Notes: generated by a model from the sequence alone, not told the origin. 64,000 nucleotides of DNA from Gammaproteobacteria bacterium (GCA_038142505.1 JAYQKD010000001.1:139418-203417); one strand, 5' to 3'. Counted from the stretch's first letter, positions 45,376 to 57,990 are shown. Translations and numbers: made by a program.

Positions 45376-45966
45376 ATACTTCGCTCATACACATCATAAA
45401 AAAATGGATTCCAGAAAAAAGCAAAGTTATTGATTTTGGTTGTGGCGATGGATCTTTATTAAAAGATTTAATTGATGAAAAGAAAATACGAGGCTATGGC
45501 GTAGAAATTGATCATAATAAAATTCAAGAATGTATTTGATAAAGGTATATCTGTTATAGAAAAAGATATAGACGAAGGCATTCAAGACTTTGAGTCATGC
45601 AATTTTGATGTTGCTGTAATGGCAAGCTCAATTCAGTGCCTTAAAGAACCACACTTGGCTTTAAGAAAAATGCTTAAGCTATCAAAACAATGCATTGTTA
45701 CTCTCCCAAATTTAGGTTTTTGGAAGTGTAGACTTGATTTAGCCCAAGGCAGAATGCCGGTTACACCTAATCTTCCATCAAGCTGGTATGAAACCAAAAA
45801 CTTACATCTTTGTACAATCAAAGATTTTGAAACACTGTGTTTTGAAGAAGGTTTTGTTATTAACGAAAAGTTTTTTCTTAATGATAAAGGCGCTAAGAGC
45901 GCTATGGCTTCAACATTTCCAAATACTTTTGCCTCCGAGGGAATTTATCTAATTGCTAAAAAATAA
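45372..45966 (+). CDS. metW: Methionine biosynthesis protein MetW (frameshifted)
   Basis: DFGCGDG, PNLGFW, GRMPVT, WYETKNLHLCTIKDFE. Confidence 0.9.
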
Positions 45967-46549
45967 TAAAGTTCTTCTTGCTTCGTCTAATCAAGGAAAA
46001 ATAAGGGAATTCAAAAAAATTTTTAAGGGCTTTGATTTTATATCTCAAGAAGATTTAGGAATTGATGATGCTGTTGAGGACGGAATTTCTTTTTTTGAAA
46101 ATGCATTAAAAAAAGCTAGACATGGTTCAAATAAATCAGGACTCTTAACAATTGCTGATGATTCTGGATTGGTTGTGCCAGGATTAGATTATGAACCAGG
46201 AATCTATTCAGCAAGATATGCAGGTGAAGGAGCCTCAGATAAAGATAATAGAGATAAAATTATTGATCAATTAAACAAAAAAAATGTCTCATCTCTTGAG
46301 GCCTTTTATATATGTGTCCTAGTCGGTGTTCGCTCAGATTTAGATCCCATCCCTCTTTACTCTGTTGGTGAAATTCATGGAAGAATATCAACAAAAAGTT
46401 CAGGTGATGGTGGTTTTGGCTATGACAAAATTTTTTATCCAAATGGATATGATGTATCTATGGCATCTATTGATCCTGAAGAAAAAAATAAAATAAGTCA
46501 TAGAGCCGTTGCTGCAAGATCATTCATTAAAGAACTTGAAAAACTTTAA
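45953..46549 (+). CDS. rdgB: dITP/XTP pyrophosphatase
   Basis: SSNQGK, ADDSGL, PGIYSARY, GFGYD, SHRA. Confidence 0.93.
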   Translation: MLKNNKVLLASSNQGKIREFKKIFKGFDFISQEDLGIDDAVEDGISFFENALKKARHGSNKSGLLTIADDSGLVVPGLDYEPGIYSARYAGEGASDKDNRDKIIDQLNKKNVSSLEAFYICVLVGVRSDLDPIPLYSVGEIHGRISTKSSGDGGFGYDKIFYPNGYDVSMASIDPEEKNKISHRAVAARSFIKELEKL

Positions 46550-47670
46550 TCCAAATAAAGTACCTATATCGCTTTATATTCATCTGCCCTGGTGCGAGAA
46601 AAGATGTCCCTACTGTGACTTCAATATCAATACAAATAAATTAGATGGAGATGAAGAAAGGCTATTGGTTGCTCTTAATCAGGATTTAAAAGACTCAATG
46701 AAATATATTCAAAAAAGAAAATTCTGCTCTATTTATTTTGGGGGAGGAACCCCATCATTGGTATCTTCAAAGATAATAAAAAAAATTATCAAAAATTTAA
46801 AAGATATGGGCCTTTTAAAAAAAGAATGTGAAATTAGCTTTGAATTAAATCCAAAAGAGGTCACTTACTCTTATATAGAAGAAATTATTGCTGCTGGGGT
46901 TAATAGAGTTTCAATAGGTATACAAAGTTTTGATCAAGAAGTGTTAGGTAGCTTAGAAAGAAACCATAGTGCTAATGATAGTTATCAAGCAATTAAAATT
47001 GCTTCTGAGTTTAAAAACATCAATATTTCAATTGATTTAATTTATGGAATTATGAACCAATCAATTGCTTCTCTAAAAAAAGATATTGAAATATTCTGCA
47101 AAAATAAAATTGATCACTTATCTCTGTACCAACTAACAATTGAACCCAATACAATTTTTTATAAAAAAGAATTAAATATTCCATCTGATAAGACCATAGA
47201 GACAATGGAATTGGCTGCAAAAGATATTCTCAATAGAAATAATATTTTTCAGTATGAGGTTTCATCATGGTCCAAAAATAACAAAGTAAGTAAACATAAT
47301 ATGAATTATTGGCTATACGGTGATTATCTCGGTATAGGTCCAGGTGCCCACAGTAAAATTACAACAAAAAATTCAATAACAAGGAATGATTAAATTAAAA
47401 AAAGTTGAATCTTATATCAATAATCCGTCAAAGATAACAAAGGTTAAAATAGATGACTCATCATATGATCTTGATCTTGCAATGAATGTCTTGAGAGTTA
47501 AAAACGGCACTTCATTTAAAGATCTTGAAAAAAGAGGCGTTTATATACCCGATACTTTTAAAGAAAAATTATTTATGGGTTATAAAAAGGGTTTAATAGA
47601 AAAAAATTTAATTAAGGCAACCGATCAAGGATATAAGTTTCTGAACGATACCGTAAATAATTTTAACTAG
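46536..47670 (+). CDS. hemW: Radical SAM heme chaperone (one frameshift)
   Basis: YIHLPWCEKRCPYCDFN, GGGTPS, HNMNYW, GPGAH. Confidence 0.9.
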
Positions 47671-48311
47671 CTTTTCTTTAGCGAAAATGGATAAATTTTT
47701 CTACCCTCTTCTACAGCCCTTTGCTGGAACTTAGTTAACATTATGTTTTCATAGGGGGATGAGCTTAAAACTTTGAAATCTAAATTTTGACTAATAGATT
47801 CATCGATTGATTCAGCATAATTCTCCCAATCTGTTGATATAAAAAGGTGACCATCTGAATTTAAAACTTTATAAATTGAATCTAAAAATTCTGAGTTTAT
47901 CATTCGTCTTTTATGGTGTTTTAACTTGGGCCATGGGTCGGGACATATTATTAAAACTTCATCAAAAATTGATTCATTAATTTCTTCTATTAATAATCTT
48001 ATATCCCCTGTCACTAATCTAATATTAGCAAGCTCATTATCATTAATTGCTCCAAGAACCTGCCCAATTCCAGCCATATACACTTCTGAACCTATATATA
48101 AATTTTGAGGATTTTCTTTAGCTAAGTTGATAAGATTCTCTCCGTTACCAAAGCCTATTTCTAAAATAACTCTTTTAAAGTTACTTTTCTCGAGAAGTAT
48201 CTGAGCATGAGAGGTTACAAGATATTTATGTAAAGAATTTAGGTTATCTTCTTGGCTTTTAGTTATACGCCCTTTTCTTTGAACAAAAGATGGGAGAAAT
48301 TTGTTGCGCAT
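47667..48311 (-). CDS. trmB: tRNA (guanine-N7)-methyltransferase
   Basis: EIGFGNG, PDPWPKLKHHKRR, TDWENYA. Confidence 0.94.
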   Translation of the reverse strand: MRNKFLPSFVQRKGRITKSQEDNLNSLHKYLVTSHAQILLEKSNFKRVILEIGFGNGENLINLAKENPQNLYIGSEVYMAGIGQVLGAINDNELANIRLVTGDIRLLIEEINESIFDEVLIICPDPWPKLKHHKRRMINSEFLDSIYKVLNSDGHLFISTDWENYAESIDESISQNLDFKVLSSSPYENIMLTKFQQRAVEEGRKIYPFSLKKS

Positions 48312-48338
48312 TTATAAATGGAATATCAATGAATCGAA

Positions 48339-49199
48339 TTAAGCAGCACTTACCATTATGGCTTTTAATTTTTTTAATGCTCCATTTTCGATTTGCCTAA
48401 TTCTTTCTGCAGAAACATCATACTCTTCAGCTAACTCATGTAATGTTGCTTTATCGTCTGCTAAGTATCTTCTTTGAAGAATGTCTTTGCTTCTATCATC
48501 TAACATTTTAAGGGCTTCAACTAATTCACTTTGATTCATATCATCAGCTTCAGCATTTGCAACAATAACCTCAGGATCATATGTCTTATCTTCAATATAT
48601 TGCGAAGGTGACATCATTTCATCATCATCACCAGAGGGAACTGGAGTATCAAATGAAGCATCATTAGATGAAAGCCTGTTTTCCATATGAAGCACGTCCT
48701 TTACTTCTACATTGAGATCTTTGGCAATATTTTCTGCTTCTTCTTTAGTAAGCCATTCAAGACTCTTTTTCTTGCCTCTAAGGTTGAAAAATAACTTTCT
48801 TTGAGCTTTCGTTGTGGCTATTTTTACAAGCCTCCAGTTTTTCAGTATGTACTCATGAATTTCAGCTTTAATCCAGTGAACTGCAAAAGAAACAACTTTC
48901 ACCCCTCTATGAGGATCATATTTATCAACTGCTTTCATTAGTCCAACATTACCTTCTTGAATAATGTCAGCCAAAGGAAGGCCGTAACCCTGATATGATC
49001 TTGCAATATGAACAACGAATCTTAGATGATGAATAACTAACTGTCTTGCAGCATCTAGATCGTCTTCTTCATATAGTTTAAGCGCTAATTCCTGCTCTTC
49101 TTCTTTAGACAATATAGGAATTGAATGCACAGAAGCTAAATAGGACTCAATATCCTTGCCAGGACTATTTAACTGAGATGGTTGTAACTGTGTTCCCAT
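48339..49199 (-). CDS. rpoH: RNA polymerase sigma-32
   Basis: RpoH box VKIATTKAQRKLFFNLR, VSAERIRQ. Confidence 0.95.
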   Translation of the reverse strand: MGTQLQPSQLNSPGKDIESYLASVHSIPILSKEEEQELALKLYEEDDLDAARQLVIHHLRFVVHIARSYQGYGLPLADIIQEGNVGLMKAVDKYDPHRGVKVVSFAVHWIKAEIHEYILKNWRLVKIATTKAQRKLFFNLRGKKKSLEWLTKEEAENIAKDLNVEVKDVLHMENRLSSNDASFDTPVPSGDDDEMMSPSQYIEDKTYDPEVIVANAEADDMNQSELVEALKMLDDRSKDILQRRYLADDKATLHELAEEYDVSAERIRQIENGALKKLKAIMVSAA

Positions 49200-49257
49200 A
49201 CTTAATATAAATTTTATTTATAATTAATTATATTATTAATTAATGTTATACACAAAA

Positions 49258-50070
49258 TTATACCAATTTTTTATAAAACTCGCTCAAAATAGGCAAATAT
49301 TGGTCTTTTATGGCTTTATTTCTAAATGCTGCAAAAGCTGGATTTAAGATGCTTTCCTCTTTTGAGTATTTTAGATCTTCAGCATTTGCCATTTGAGAGA
49401 TACTTCCGCCACATGAATTTAATATAGCGTGCCCAGCTGCTATATCCCATTCTGATGTGGGTCCAAATCTTGGATATATATCAGCCTTATTATCTGCGAG
49501 TGCGCATAATTTCAATGAGCTACCCTTTTCTATTATTTCATAAGAAACGTTTAAACTATTGAGATAATCAAGAAACATTTTGTCTTTATCTGTTTGATGG
49601 CTTTTACTCATTACTATTCTTAAACTATCTGGTATCGTTTCTTCATTGCTAGAAATATTAAATTTAGATCCAAGCCATGTCTTGTCTGATGCTGGGGCAC
49701 ATATGATTCCAAAAATAGAATCGGTATTTTCAATAAGAGCAATATTAACGGTAAAGTCTTTAGACTTGTTTAGAAATTCCCTTGTGCCATCTAAAGGGTC
49801 GACTAACCAATAAGGAGTTTTAGGTATATCTGATTCTTTTTTATAAGTTTCTTCTGAAACTATCGGAACTTTTGGGGTAATTTCTTTAAGCGCATCAATA
49901 ATAATTTTATTTGCATTGTTGTCAGCCTCTGTGACAGGAGAACCATCAAATTTTATTTCGCTTTCAAAATCATCTTTTTTGTAAACCTCCATAATTGCAT
50001 TACCTGCATCTTGGACAATTTTTTTTAGAGGCTCGTTAAGATTTCGTATGAACTCTGCATCAACTTGCAT
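49258..50070 (-). CDS. cysQ: 3'(2'),5'-bisphosphate nucleotidase
   Basis: SPVTEAD, WLVDPLDGTREF, YPRFGPTSEWDIAAG. Confidence 0.93.
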   Translation of the reverse strand: MQVDAEFIRNLNEPLKKIVQDAGNAIMEVYKKDDFESEIKFDGSPVTEADNNANKIIIDALKEITPKVPIVSEETYKKESDIPKTPYWLVDPLDGTREFLNKSKDFTVNIALIENTDSIFGIICAPASDKTWLGSKFNISSNEETIPDSLRIVMSKSHQTDKDKMFLDYLNSLNVSYEIIEKGSSLKLCALADNKADIYPRFGPTSEWDIAAGHAILNSCGGSISQMANAEDLKYSKEESILNPAFAAFRNKAIKDQYLPILSEFYKKLV

Positions 50071-50074
50071 AATG

Positions 50075-50932
50075 CTAATTTGTTTTATCTTTAAGCTCTA
50101 GTGCTTTTAGCCTCATCTGCATAAGCTCATCTTCTGTGTCGGGATATTCATTGTTATATATTGAAGCCTCCCATCTTCCATACATCGGGTTAGTGATCAT
50201 GAACCATTTTGAACCCCACATATGGTCATAGGTCTCAGCCAGATTTTTTCTTGAATCTAATTCAAGCGTTGTTTCATCTAGTGGTAAAAAATCACCTAGT
50301 TGATCACCAATAAGCAATAAAATTCTATAGTCTTTTGCAACTAACTCTCGTCTTGAAACCTTGTCTGAGGTCCAACCATTCTCATTCTTCATTAATAAAA
50401 CATCTCTATCAGTATCTAGAGGAAGTCCAAGTTTTTGAATGTTATTACGGGTTGCATCTTCTGCTACTGCAATCCTATTTGTTACATAAAAAATTTTTAC
50501 ACCCTTGCTTTGTGCATATTCTAAAAAGTCTGATACTCCAGCAACAGCATCAGAGGATTCTTCAAGCATCCATTCAAGCCATCCTATGGGATAGGATTGA
50601 CCATTAATAATAGATCTGGCTTGAAAAGGAATATTATTTAAAACTGTTTCATCGATATCTAAAATTATTGCAGGCGGTTTGTTTTTAAAATTTTCTTTCT
50701 GTTCTATTGCAGCAGTCCAGTTAAGATCATTTAGTGCTCTATCAAGAGCTGACTTTGCATTCACGTATGTTTGTATATTGCTCGCCTCATATTCTGCTGA
50801 AGACTGAGCATATAAAACTGAGAGCATTGATTGAGCTTGAAGAGAATTATCTAATTCTTTTTCTTTTGCATTTATATTATCAATAAATGTGCAAAGGATA
50901 AGACATAAATATATTAGATTCCGTGATTTCAT
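50075..50932 (-). CDS. Class C acid phosphatase / 5'-nucleotidase, e(P4) family
   Basis: DIDETVL, YVTNR, GDQLGDF, NPMYG. Confidence 0.88.
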   Translation of the reverse strand: MKSRNLIYLCLILCTFIDNINAKEKELDNSLQAQSMLSVLYAQSSAEYEASNIQTYVNAKSALDRALNDLNWTAAIEQKENFKNKPPAIILDIDETVLNNIPFQARSIINGQSYPIGWLEWMLEESSDAVAGVSDFLEYAQSKGVKIFYVTNRIAVAEDATRNNIQKLGLPLDTDRDVLLMKNENGWTSDKVSRRELVAKDYRILLLIGDQLGDFLPLDETTLELDSRKNLAETYDHMWGSKWFMITNPMYGRWEASIYNNEYPDTEDELMQMRLKALELKDKTN

Positions 50933-50982
50933 AGATTAAGAGCATTATAATGCCAATAATTAAATTTAAGTTACAAAAACCT

Positions 50983-51144
50983 ATGAATAGTGAACTATTA
51001 GAAAATCTTAATAAACTAAAGAAAATGCTTGTGTTGTTAAGTGAAGAGAGAAAAGTTGTAATGTCTCATCATAAGACATTTGAGCATGTAGAAAAGATGC
51101 GCAACATTGTTAATGAATCAATAGAACTTGCTGAAAATGAGTAA
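50983..51144 (+). CDS. Small hypothetical protein
   Basis: Helical ORF filling the gap and overlapping the start of the next gene. Confidence 0.5.
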   Translation: MNSELLENLNKLKKMLVLLSEERKVVMSHHKTFEHVEKMRNIVNESIELAENE

Positions 51145-51994
51145 ATATTCTTGTTTTGAGGTTCAGATTAACGATGGCATTGCTCATCTTATTATGAACA
51201 GACCTGATCAATTAAACTCGATGACAAGAATCTTTTGGAAAGAGCTACCAGAGATAATTAAAGATATTGATAAAAAGTCTGATGCAAGAGTTTTAATATT
51301 ATCTGGTCAAGGTAAACATTTTAGTGCCGGTATGGATTTTGCTAACTTTGCACCTCCAAAAAAATCTGAAAAAGAAATTGATCCAGCAAGAAAAAGAGAA
51401 GCTTTTTATCATGAAGTCCTAGAACTACAGGATACTTTTACAGCACTTGAAGAATGCAGAATGCCAACCATAGCCGCTATTCAGGGTGGATGCATTGGCG
51501 GTGCCATTGATATGGCAGCGGCATGTGATATGAGATATTGCTCTGAAAATGCTTTCTTTAAAATTGCAGAAGTTGATATAGGTATTGCAGCTGATGTTGG
51601 CACACTTCAAAGACTGCCATCTTTAATTCCTTTAGCTGTTTTAAGAGAACTTGCATACACAGGAAGAAAATGTGACTCTGCAGAAGCTAAATCTCTTGGT
51701 CTCGTTAATGAAGTTTACTCATCTGTAGATAATATGATGGAAGAGGTACAGAAAATAGCTCAAACAATTGCGAGCAAATCTCCTCTTGTTACCAGAGTAA
51801 TTAAAAAACAAATTAACTATGCAAGAGATAATTCAGTAAGAGATTCCTTGGAATATCATGCCATGTGGAATGCCAGCTTAATTAGTCATAAAGATACAGA
51901 AACTGCACTAACAGCATTTATGAATAAATCTGAAGGTGAGTTTGATGACCTCGAAGAGCTAAAATCTTTTTGGGAAAAAGAAGGGTTAATTTAA
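51137..51994 (+). CDS. Enoyl-CoA hydratase/isomerase (crotonase) family
   Basis: HFSAGMD, GGCIGGA, EVDIGIAADVGTLQRL (dienoyl-CoA isomerase-like). Confidence 0.9.
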   Translation: MSKYSCFEVQINDGIAHLIMNRPDQLNSMTRIFWKELPEIIKDIDKKSDARVLILSGQGKHFSAGMDFANFAPPKKSEKEIDPARKREAFYHEVLELQDTFTALEECRMPTIAAIQGGCIGGAIDMAAACDMRYCSENAFFKIAEVDIGIAADVGTLQRLPSLIPLAVLRELAYTGRKCDSAEAKSLGLVNEVYSSVDNMMEEVQKIAQTIASKSPLVTRVIKKQINYARDNSVRDSLEYHAMWNASLISHKDTETALTAFMNKSEGEFDDLEELKSFWEKEGLI

Positions 51995-52758
51995 TCTCTT
52001 AAAAATACTGGCTCTGTAGCCGTTGATTCAGCTTTAGAGTAATAATAGCCATCTGAGTTGAAACCAGAGAGCTCCTCAAAATCTTTTACGTTGTTTTCAA
52101 TAATCCACCTAGCCATAAGGCCTCTGGCTTTTTTCGCATAAAAACTAATAATTTTGTATTTCCCATTTTTACAATCTTTAAATACAGGCGAGACAACATT
52201 TACATAGTCTGGCATTTTGCCCAGAACGCTAAAATATTCTTTAGAAGCTAAATTAATTAAAAGATCAGATTTTTGAGACTCCAAATCATTCAATACATTT
52301 TCTTGAATTGAGTTACCCCAAAATTCATATAAGTTTTTACCTTTACTTGTTTCTAGCTTTGTCCCCATTTCTAGTCTGTAAGGCTTAATAACATCCATAG
52401 GTCTTAATATTCCATATAATCCTGATAGGATTCTTAAATGCTTTTGAGCAAATTTAATTTGCTTAGCATTAAGGGTTTCAGCATCAAGCCCTTGATAAAC
52501 ATCACCTTTAAAAACTAACAATGAAGGCTTGCTATCTTCTGATAAAGTTTTAGATGCCTTCCATGATTGATATCGATCAAAATTTAAAGCTGCCAACTTA
52601 TCACTTAACCCCATAAGACTGGCAATGTCTTTTGGCTCCTTATCTTTGAGTGTCTTTATAAGACTTGAAGATTGGCTTAGAAACTGGGGTGCAGTATGAT
52701 TGCTTTTAGAATCAACTTCATAATCCAAAGTTTTTGCTGGTGAAAGTACAATTAACAT
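51991..52758 (-). CDS. yaaA: Peroxide stress protein YaaA
   Basis: LSPAKTLD, LSGLYG, PYRLEMG, NLASKEY, KKARG. Confidence 0.93.
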   Translation of the reverse strand: MLIVLSPAKTLDYEVDSKSNHTAPQFLSQSSSLIKTLKDKEPKDIASLMGLSDKLAALNFDRYQSWKASKTLSEDSKPSLLVFKGDVYQGLDAETLNAKQIKFAQKHLRILSGLYGILRPMDVIKPYRLEMGTKLETSKGKNLYEFWGNSIQENVLNDLESQKSDLLINLASKEYFSVLGKMPDYVNVVSPVFKDCKNGKYKIISFYAKKARGLMARWIIENNVKDFEELSGFNSDGYYYSKAESTATEPVFLRD

Positions 52759-52794
52759 GATAAATATTCTAACTAAATCTGAGTCAGACATCTA

Positions 52795-53268
52795 ATGAAA
52801 GTTCTAGAAAAGTATATAAATTTTGTAGGTGAAAAAATATCCTACCTGATACCAGTCATGGTTGTCTTGATGATTTTTGTAATAGTTAGTAGGTATTTTT
52901 TTGGGATTGGAAGAACTGATATCCAAGAAATGGTTATGTATTTTCATGCTCTAGTGTTTCTTGGTTGTGCGGGTTATGCAATGAACCATGATGAACATGT
53001 TAGGGTGGATATCTTCTATAGAAATGCATCTCAAAAATATAAAAAGAACATTAATTTTATCTTTGGTTTAGTATTTTTGTTGCCTCTTATAGCCATTACA
53101 TTTTTTTATTCTATTGAAACAATCGAGGCTTCTTGGAAAATGAGTGAGGCATCTACAGAGGCTGGTGGTTTGGCATATGTATACATTCAAAAAACATTAA
53201 TGATTCTGTTTCCACTAACACTTTTAGCAGCGTTAATTAATCAATTTATAAAAACAAAATGGAAATAA
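52795..53268 (+). CDS. dctQ: TRAP transporter small permease
   Basis: Four TM, HVRVDIFY. Confidence 0.88.
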   Translation: MKVLEKYINFVGEKISYLIPVMVVLMIFVIVSRYFFGIGRTDIQEMVMYFHALVFLGCAGYAMNHDEHVRVDIFYRNASQKYKKNINFIFGLVFLLPLIAITFFYSIETIEASWKMSEASTEAGGLAYVYIQKTLMILFPLTLLAALINQFIKTKWK

Positions 53269-54535
53269 TTCCTTTATTACTTTTAGTTTTAATATGTCTA
53301 GCTCTTTTGTTTGGATATCCGGTTGCATTCACACTTTCTGGGGTCTCTATTCTCTTTGCTCTAATCTGTATACCGTTTGGAATATTTGATGAATCAATTT
53401 TAAAAAGTATTCCTCTAAGAATATTTGGGATTATGAATAATGTGACTCTTCTTGCAGTTCCCTTATTTATATTTATGGGGACTGTTCTTGAAAGGTCAGG
53501 TATTGCTGCAAAAATGTTAGAAAATATGGCTTTGGCATTTAAGAATATTAGAGGCGGTCTTAGCATTTCAATAATTACTGTGGGTGCTTTATTAGCAGCA
53601 AGCACAGGTATTGTTGGCGCAACAGTTGTAACAATGGGTCTTATGTCTCTTCCAATAATGATTCAACAAGGATATAAAAAAGATTTCTCATCAGGCCTGG
53701 TTGCATCAACTGGAACCTTAGGACAGATCATTCCTCCTTCAATTGCATTAGTGCTTTTGGGTGATGTTATGTCTAATGCATATCAAAGAGCTCAAAACAA
53801 CATGGGTATTTTTTCTCAACAAACTGTTACTGTTGGAGATTTGTTTATTGGCGCCATAGTTCCTGGAATTATGATTTGTCTTGGGTATCTAATTTATACA
53901 ATCTATCAAAACTATAAAAATCCAAATATCTTGTTTGAGCCAGAAGCAAATTCAGCATCATTCAAAGATATTCTTAAGACTCTTGCCTTGCCACTACTTT
54001 TAATTATTTTGGTTTTAGGTTCTATTATTGCTGGAATAGCGACACCAACAGAGGCATCTGCTATTGGAGCTGCTGGTGCACTTTTAATAGTTCTTATCAA
54101 CGGCAAGTTATCTTTAGGACTTTATAAAAGAAACTAGTCAGAAAACTGCAATAGTATCAACAATGATCTTCACAATATTAATTGGTGCTTCTATTTTTTC
54201 ATTAATTTTTAGAGGAGTTGGCGGAGATAATTTAATTGATTTGGTGTTTGGCTCTCTCCCTGGCGGGCCATATACAGCATTAATTTTTGTTTTAATTTTT
54301 GTTTTCTTGCTTGGATTTATTTTAGATTTTATTGAAATTTGCTACGTAATTGTTCCTTTGGTCGCCCCACCTCTTTTGATGATGGGTTTTGATCCAGTCT
54401 GGTTAGCAATTCTTATTGCAATTAATCTACAAACTTCTTTCTTAACACCTCCCTTTGGCTTTTCATTGTTTTATTTAAGGGGTGTTGCAGATGAATCTAT
54501 ACAGACATCAGAAATTTATAGAGGAGTTATTCCAG
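53259..54535 (+). CDS. dctM: TRAP transporter large permease; frameshift near 54120; C-terminus truncated at a junction near 54535
   Basis: GTLGQIIPPS, ATPTEA, NLQTSFLTPPFG, IYRGVIP, then non-homologous sequence. Confidence 0.9.
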
Positions 54536-54937
54536 CTCAAAATGCTAAAATATTCTCCAAGCCTATTGGTTCTTTGCTCATTAAACCAATATATTAGTTT
54601 GTCGTTTTGCTCAAAAATAAATAGATCACGCTCATGTTTTGAGCATTGATTTGCTTTCTTGATACTAAAACTCCAACCAGTCCAATTTTCAAAAGAAGAT
54701 TTCAATTCTTTTGGGATTTCCTTGCAGTTTATTAGTGCTTTTTTCATTGATTCATGAAATTTATTATGGCTCCTTTCAAATTCTTTGCTTAAAGGATATT
54801 GATAAATAAAAAGATAGATAACCTGTCTGTCAGATGTCTTGAACTGCATCTATATCTAAATATGCTTAAACTGTGACCTCTAACATCTCAATCTTTTTTA
54901 ATGTTCCGTCAAGATAAGTAATATTTGGATAATTCAT
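54535..54937 (-). CDS. Hypothetical protein, frameshifted, cut at the junction
   Basis: ORF 54508-54849 plus upstream MNYPNITYLDG start. Confidence 0.4.
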
Positions 54938-55499
54938 CTTAGCTCCGTTTTCCTGGAATTGATATTTTGAAAAAAATATTTAGTATTTTTTTATTAAAAT
55001 TGATTATTGTTTTATTTTTTATAATGATGAGTTTCTTTTTAAGACTAAAGATAAATTTAGTCTCTTCTTTGAAGCCTTTTGTATTAATTTTTCTGCCTGT
55101 CTTATTGTAAATAATCTTTCATAGAGTTCTATTTCGTGAAGTTCATCAAGCTCAATAAAAATTTTTTCAAACTCTCTGGTAAATTAGATAGAAAATTTTT
55201 TATTGGTAATAACTTGTTTAGAAAAAAATGTTCATAATATTATCAAGCGTAGAAATAAATTTTTTATTTGTATTATTTTTTTGATCATTTTGAGCTCGAT
55301 AAAAAAGGCATAAACTCAAAATAAGCATGTATTGTCAAAAAAATTATTACTAAAAAAAACAAGCATAAAGTTAAATAAGAGGACCACTTAAGAAAAAAAT
55401 TCCAATTTTTTTTCTTTTTTGTATCTCAATTTCTAGTTGTATATTTTTTTTATTCAACACGCTATTTAATATGGCTATGTCACCATCCTGTATTTCTTA

Positions 55500-57130
55500 A
55501 ATTCTTCTCTATTCATAATCATTTTTTTCTTATTATCTCCATCTAGAATTTTTGTAATGTATTCTTTTTAGTTTGAAGTTTATCTCTTTGGTCTCTATCT
55601 GAGACTCTAACTCTTTTTCTCAATTATTTTTTCTAAAATTGATTTATCAAAATTTTCAAAGTTGTTTGTTCCATCTTTTTTGTAGATTTTTCAAAATCAT
55701 CTTGTTGTTTGAGCACCAATTCATGACTTGAAGCATTCTTTAGATGTTCATATTCTCTTTCTTTAGAAGCCTTTTGACTTTTAGCTCCTTTACCCTAAAA
55801 CTTTCCTCTATCCTATCCTTCCTTTTTTCTTTTGCTACTTTAAGCAATGTATTTGTAGTTTGTACAAAATGTGAACATGTTTCTTTTAAGAGATATAAAA
55901 CTTTTAACAGGTATTCTCGATAAGTAATGCGATCAGATTCGGATTTCAGTGACTTTTCAATTAGCACACTGATGGCAAACAGGAACACAGGCATTAATGA
56001 CAAACCTATGGCACTTAACCCAATAAAAACTTTAATAAAAGATTTAATCTGATCCTCGTTAATGTTTGAGGCCTCTTTTTGAAACCATAAGATGCTAAGT
56101 TTAAAAGAAGTTTCCGGTTTTTAACTCTGAAATCTCCTGATATACTATTACTCTCGCGCAGTCTATGTATATTATTTTTATCCTGTTCAATGGCTTTGTT
56201 CATTTTCAATTTGAAACGTATATTTTTGAACAAGATCGTTATCAAGATTTTTGCATCAATTAATATTAACTGTTCTTTTAGACAATGGGGCAAGCAGTTG
56301 GAGTTCGTAGTTATATTTTTTTTTTTTATTTCTGAACCTATGTATTTTTTTTTTCTTTCTCAAAGTTGAAAGCTTTGAATAGTGTCTGGTTTCAAGCTCT
56401 TTTATGGATATGTCGTAACGTTCTCTTAGCATTTTTGCCTCATTTACTTCTTGGAATTTTCATTTCTTAAATATCCGCTTGATAAAATCTTTTGTGTTCA
56501 TTGATAGCATTGTCTATAGATTGAAATGACCAAATTTTTGATATTATTCTCAATAGCATTTTTTTCTAAAAAATTATTTTTTGATATTACTGTATCTCTA
56601 ATATTTTTAAGTGAAATAATTTCATCCTGAAGGTTTTTTGCAAGCTCTTTGTTGGATTCTAATAATTGAGAGTCAGAAATATAATTTTTAAAATTACTAA
56701 TATTATCTTTCCTGGTTTTAATTTGCTTTTCAGTAGTGGCGATAGTTGCTTCATTATCTTTTATATCATCATAGAGCTCAATCTAAATTTGATTCTTTTG
56801 TCTTGATGCGTATCAATGTCAGAAGTAAAGAAGCTAATAAGAATATGCTGGTAACGCTATACCAGATTTTAATCAACGATCTCAGAAATTGCAACTACCA
56901 ACATATAGATCATTTTGAGTATTTCAGATTTTTTTAGACTCACTATCATGCATTCTAGTAACCATCCTTGCACTCTCAGATGTTTATATAATTTAATTGT
57001 TATATTTTGACCACTGTTGAATCTCATGGTCAGTGGTTCCAATCTTTTTTGATTTTAAAAATAAAAAAGAAAAAATAAACATTACAAAAAATATAATTAT
57101 TAGAGTAGTTACATTTATTTGAGTAATTAA
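55500..57130 (-). CDS. One or more fragmented membrane-anchored coiled-coil hypothetical proteins (boundaries uncertain)
   Basis: ORF pieces 55740-56003 and 56015-56293; K/E-rich helical stretches and hydrophobic segments. Confidence 0.35.
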
Positions 57131-57141
57131 ATTATCAAAAA

Positions 57142-57990
57142 TCATAATATTGCGAACTTATGATTATCTTGATGAATTTTTGCTAAAAGCGCATCATTAG
57201 AATCTAATATTCCTGCCACAGATCCACTTATAAGCTTAATATCTTGTTGCTCAACTAACTCTTTAATAGTTTCTATCTCAGCTATGTCTTCCTGCATAGC
57301 AACTGCCTCTTCTTCCGTTAAGTCCAAATCATGGCCAGCTAAATTAACATCAATTTCAACGCTTCTGATCTTAAATAGTTGCTCTCTAAGATGCGACTCT
57401 TGAGCAAGCACATGCTTAATCTTGTCTAATGTTTTTTCGAGTTGCCTTTTTTCGTTTTCAGCTAAATTCTCTTTGTTAGCAATTAGGCGTTTAAGCTCAA
57501 CCATGTCTATATTTAATTTATCGATATCTTGCACATCTCTTTCTAACGATGAAAGCAGTTTGTTGAATTTTTTTATTGTCTACTATTATCAAAATTAGTC
57601 AGTGACTCTAGTTTTTTAACTCTTGAGAATTTTTTTCTATCTCAAGCTTTTTAGAGCAGTTTTGAATCCAATGCAGCCCACTCTTGTAATTTATTATTAC
57701 CTTGATCTTTTAAAAAATTAATTTTAAAGATGCTATTTAATAAACGATTCTTATCCTTTCAGCTCATAAGTCTTTGTTTTGGAATCTCGAAGTTTCTGCT
57801 CCCATTCTTTTTTTATTTTATGAACTACAAGATCAGGGAGCATTTTCACCAGAAAGGGTTGTAGTATCTTCAACCAGTTTGGATACCTTCGTTGAATGCA
57901 GTTCACTGTTAGGTACTATTATTTTTATTTTTATTGATAAGCCGCCCTATAAGCTTTTCAAATTAATAATTAATAAAATTGATGCACATC
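57142..57990 (-). CDS. Coiled-coil hypothetical protein (fragmented; 5' end approximate)
   Basis: Heptad-like 130-aa ORF 57142-57534 and upstream pieces such as LVKMLPDLVVHKIKKEWEQKLRD. Confidence 0.5.
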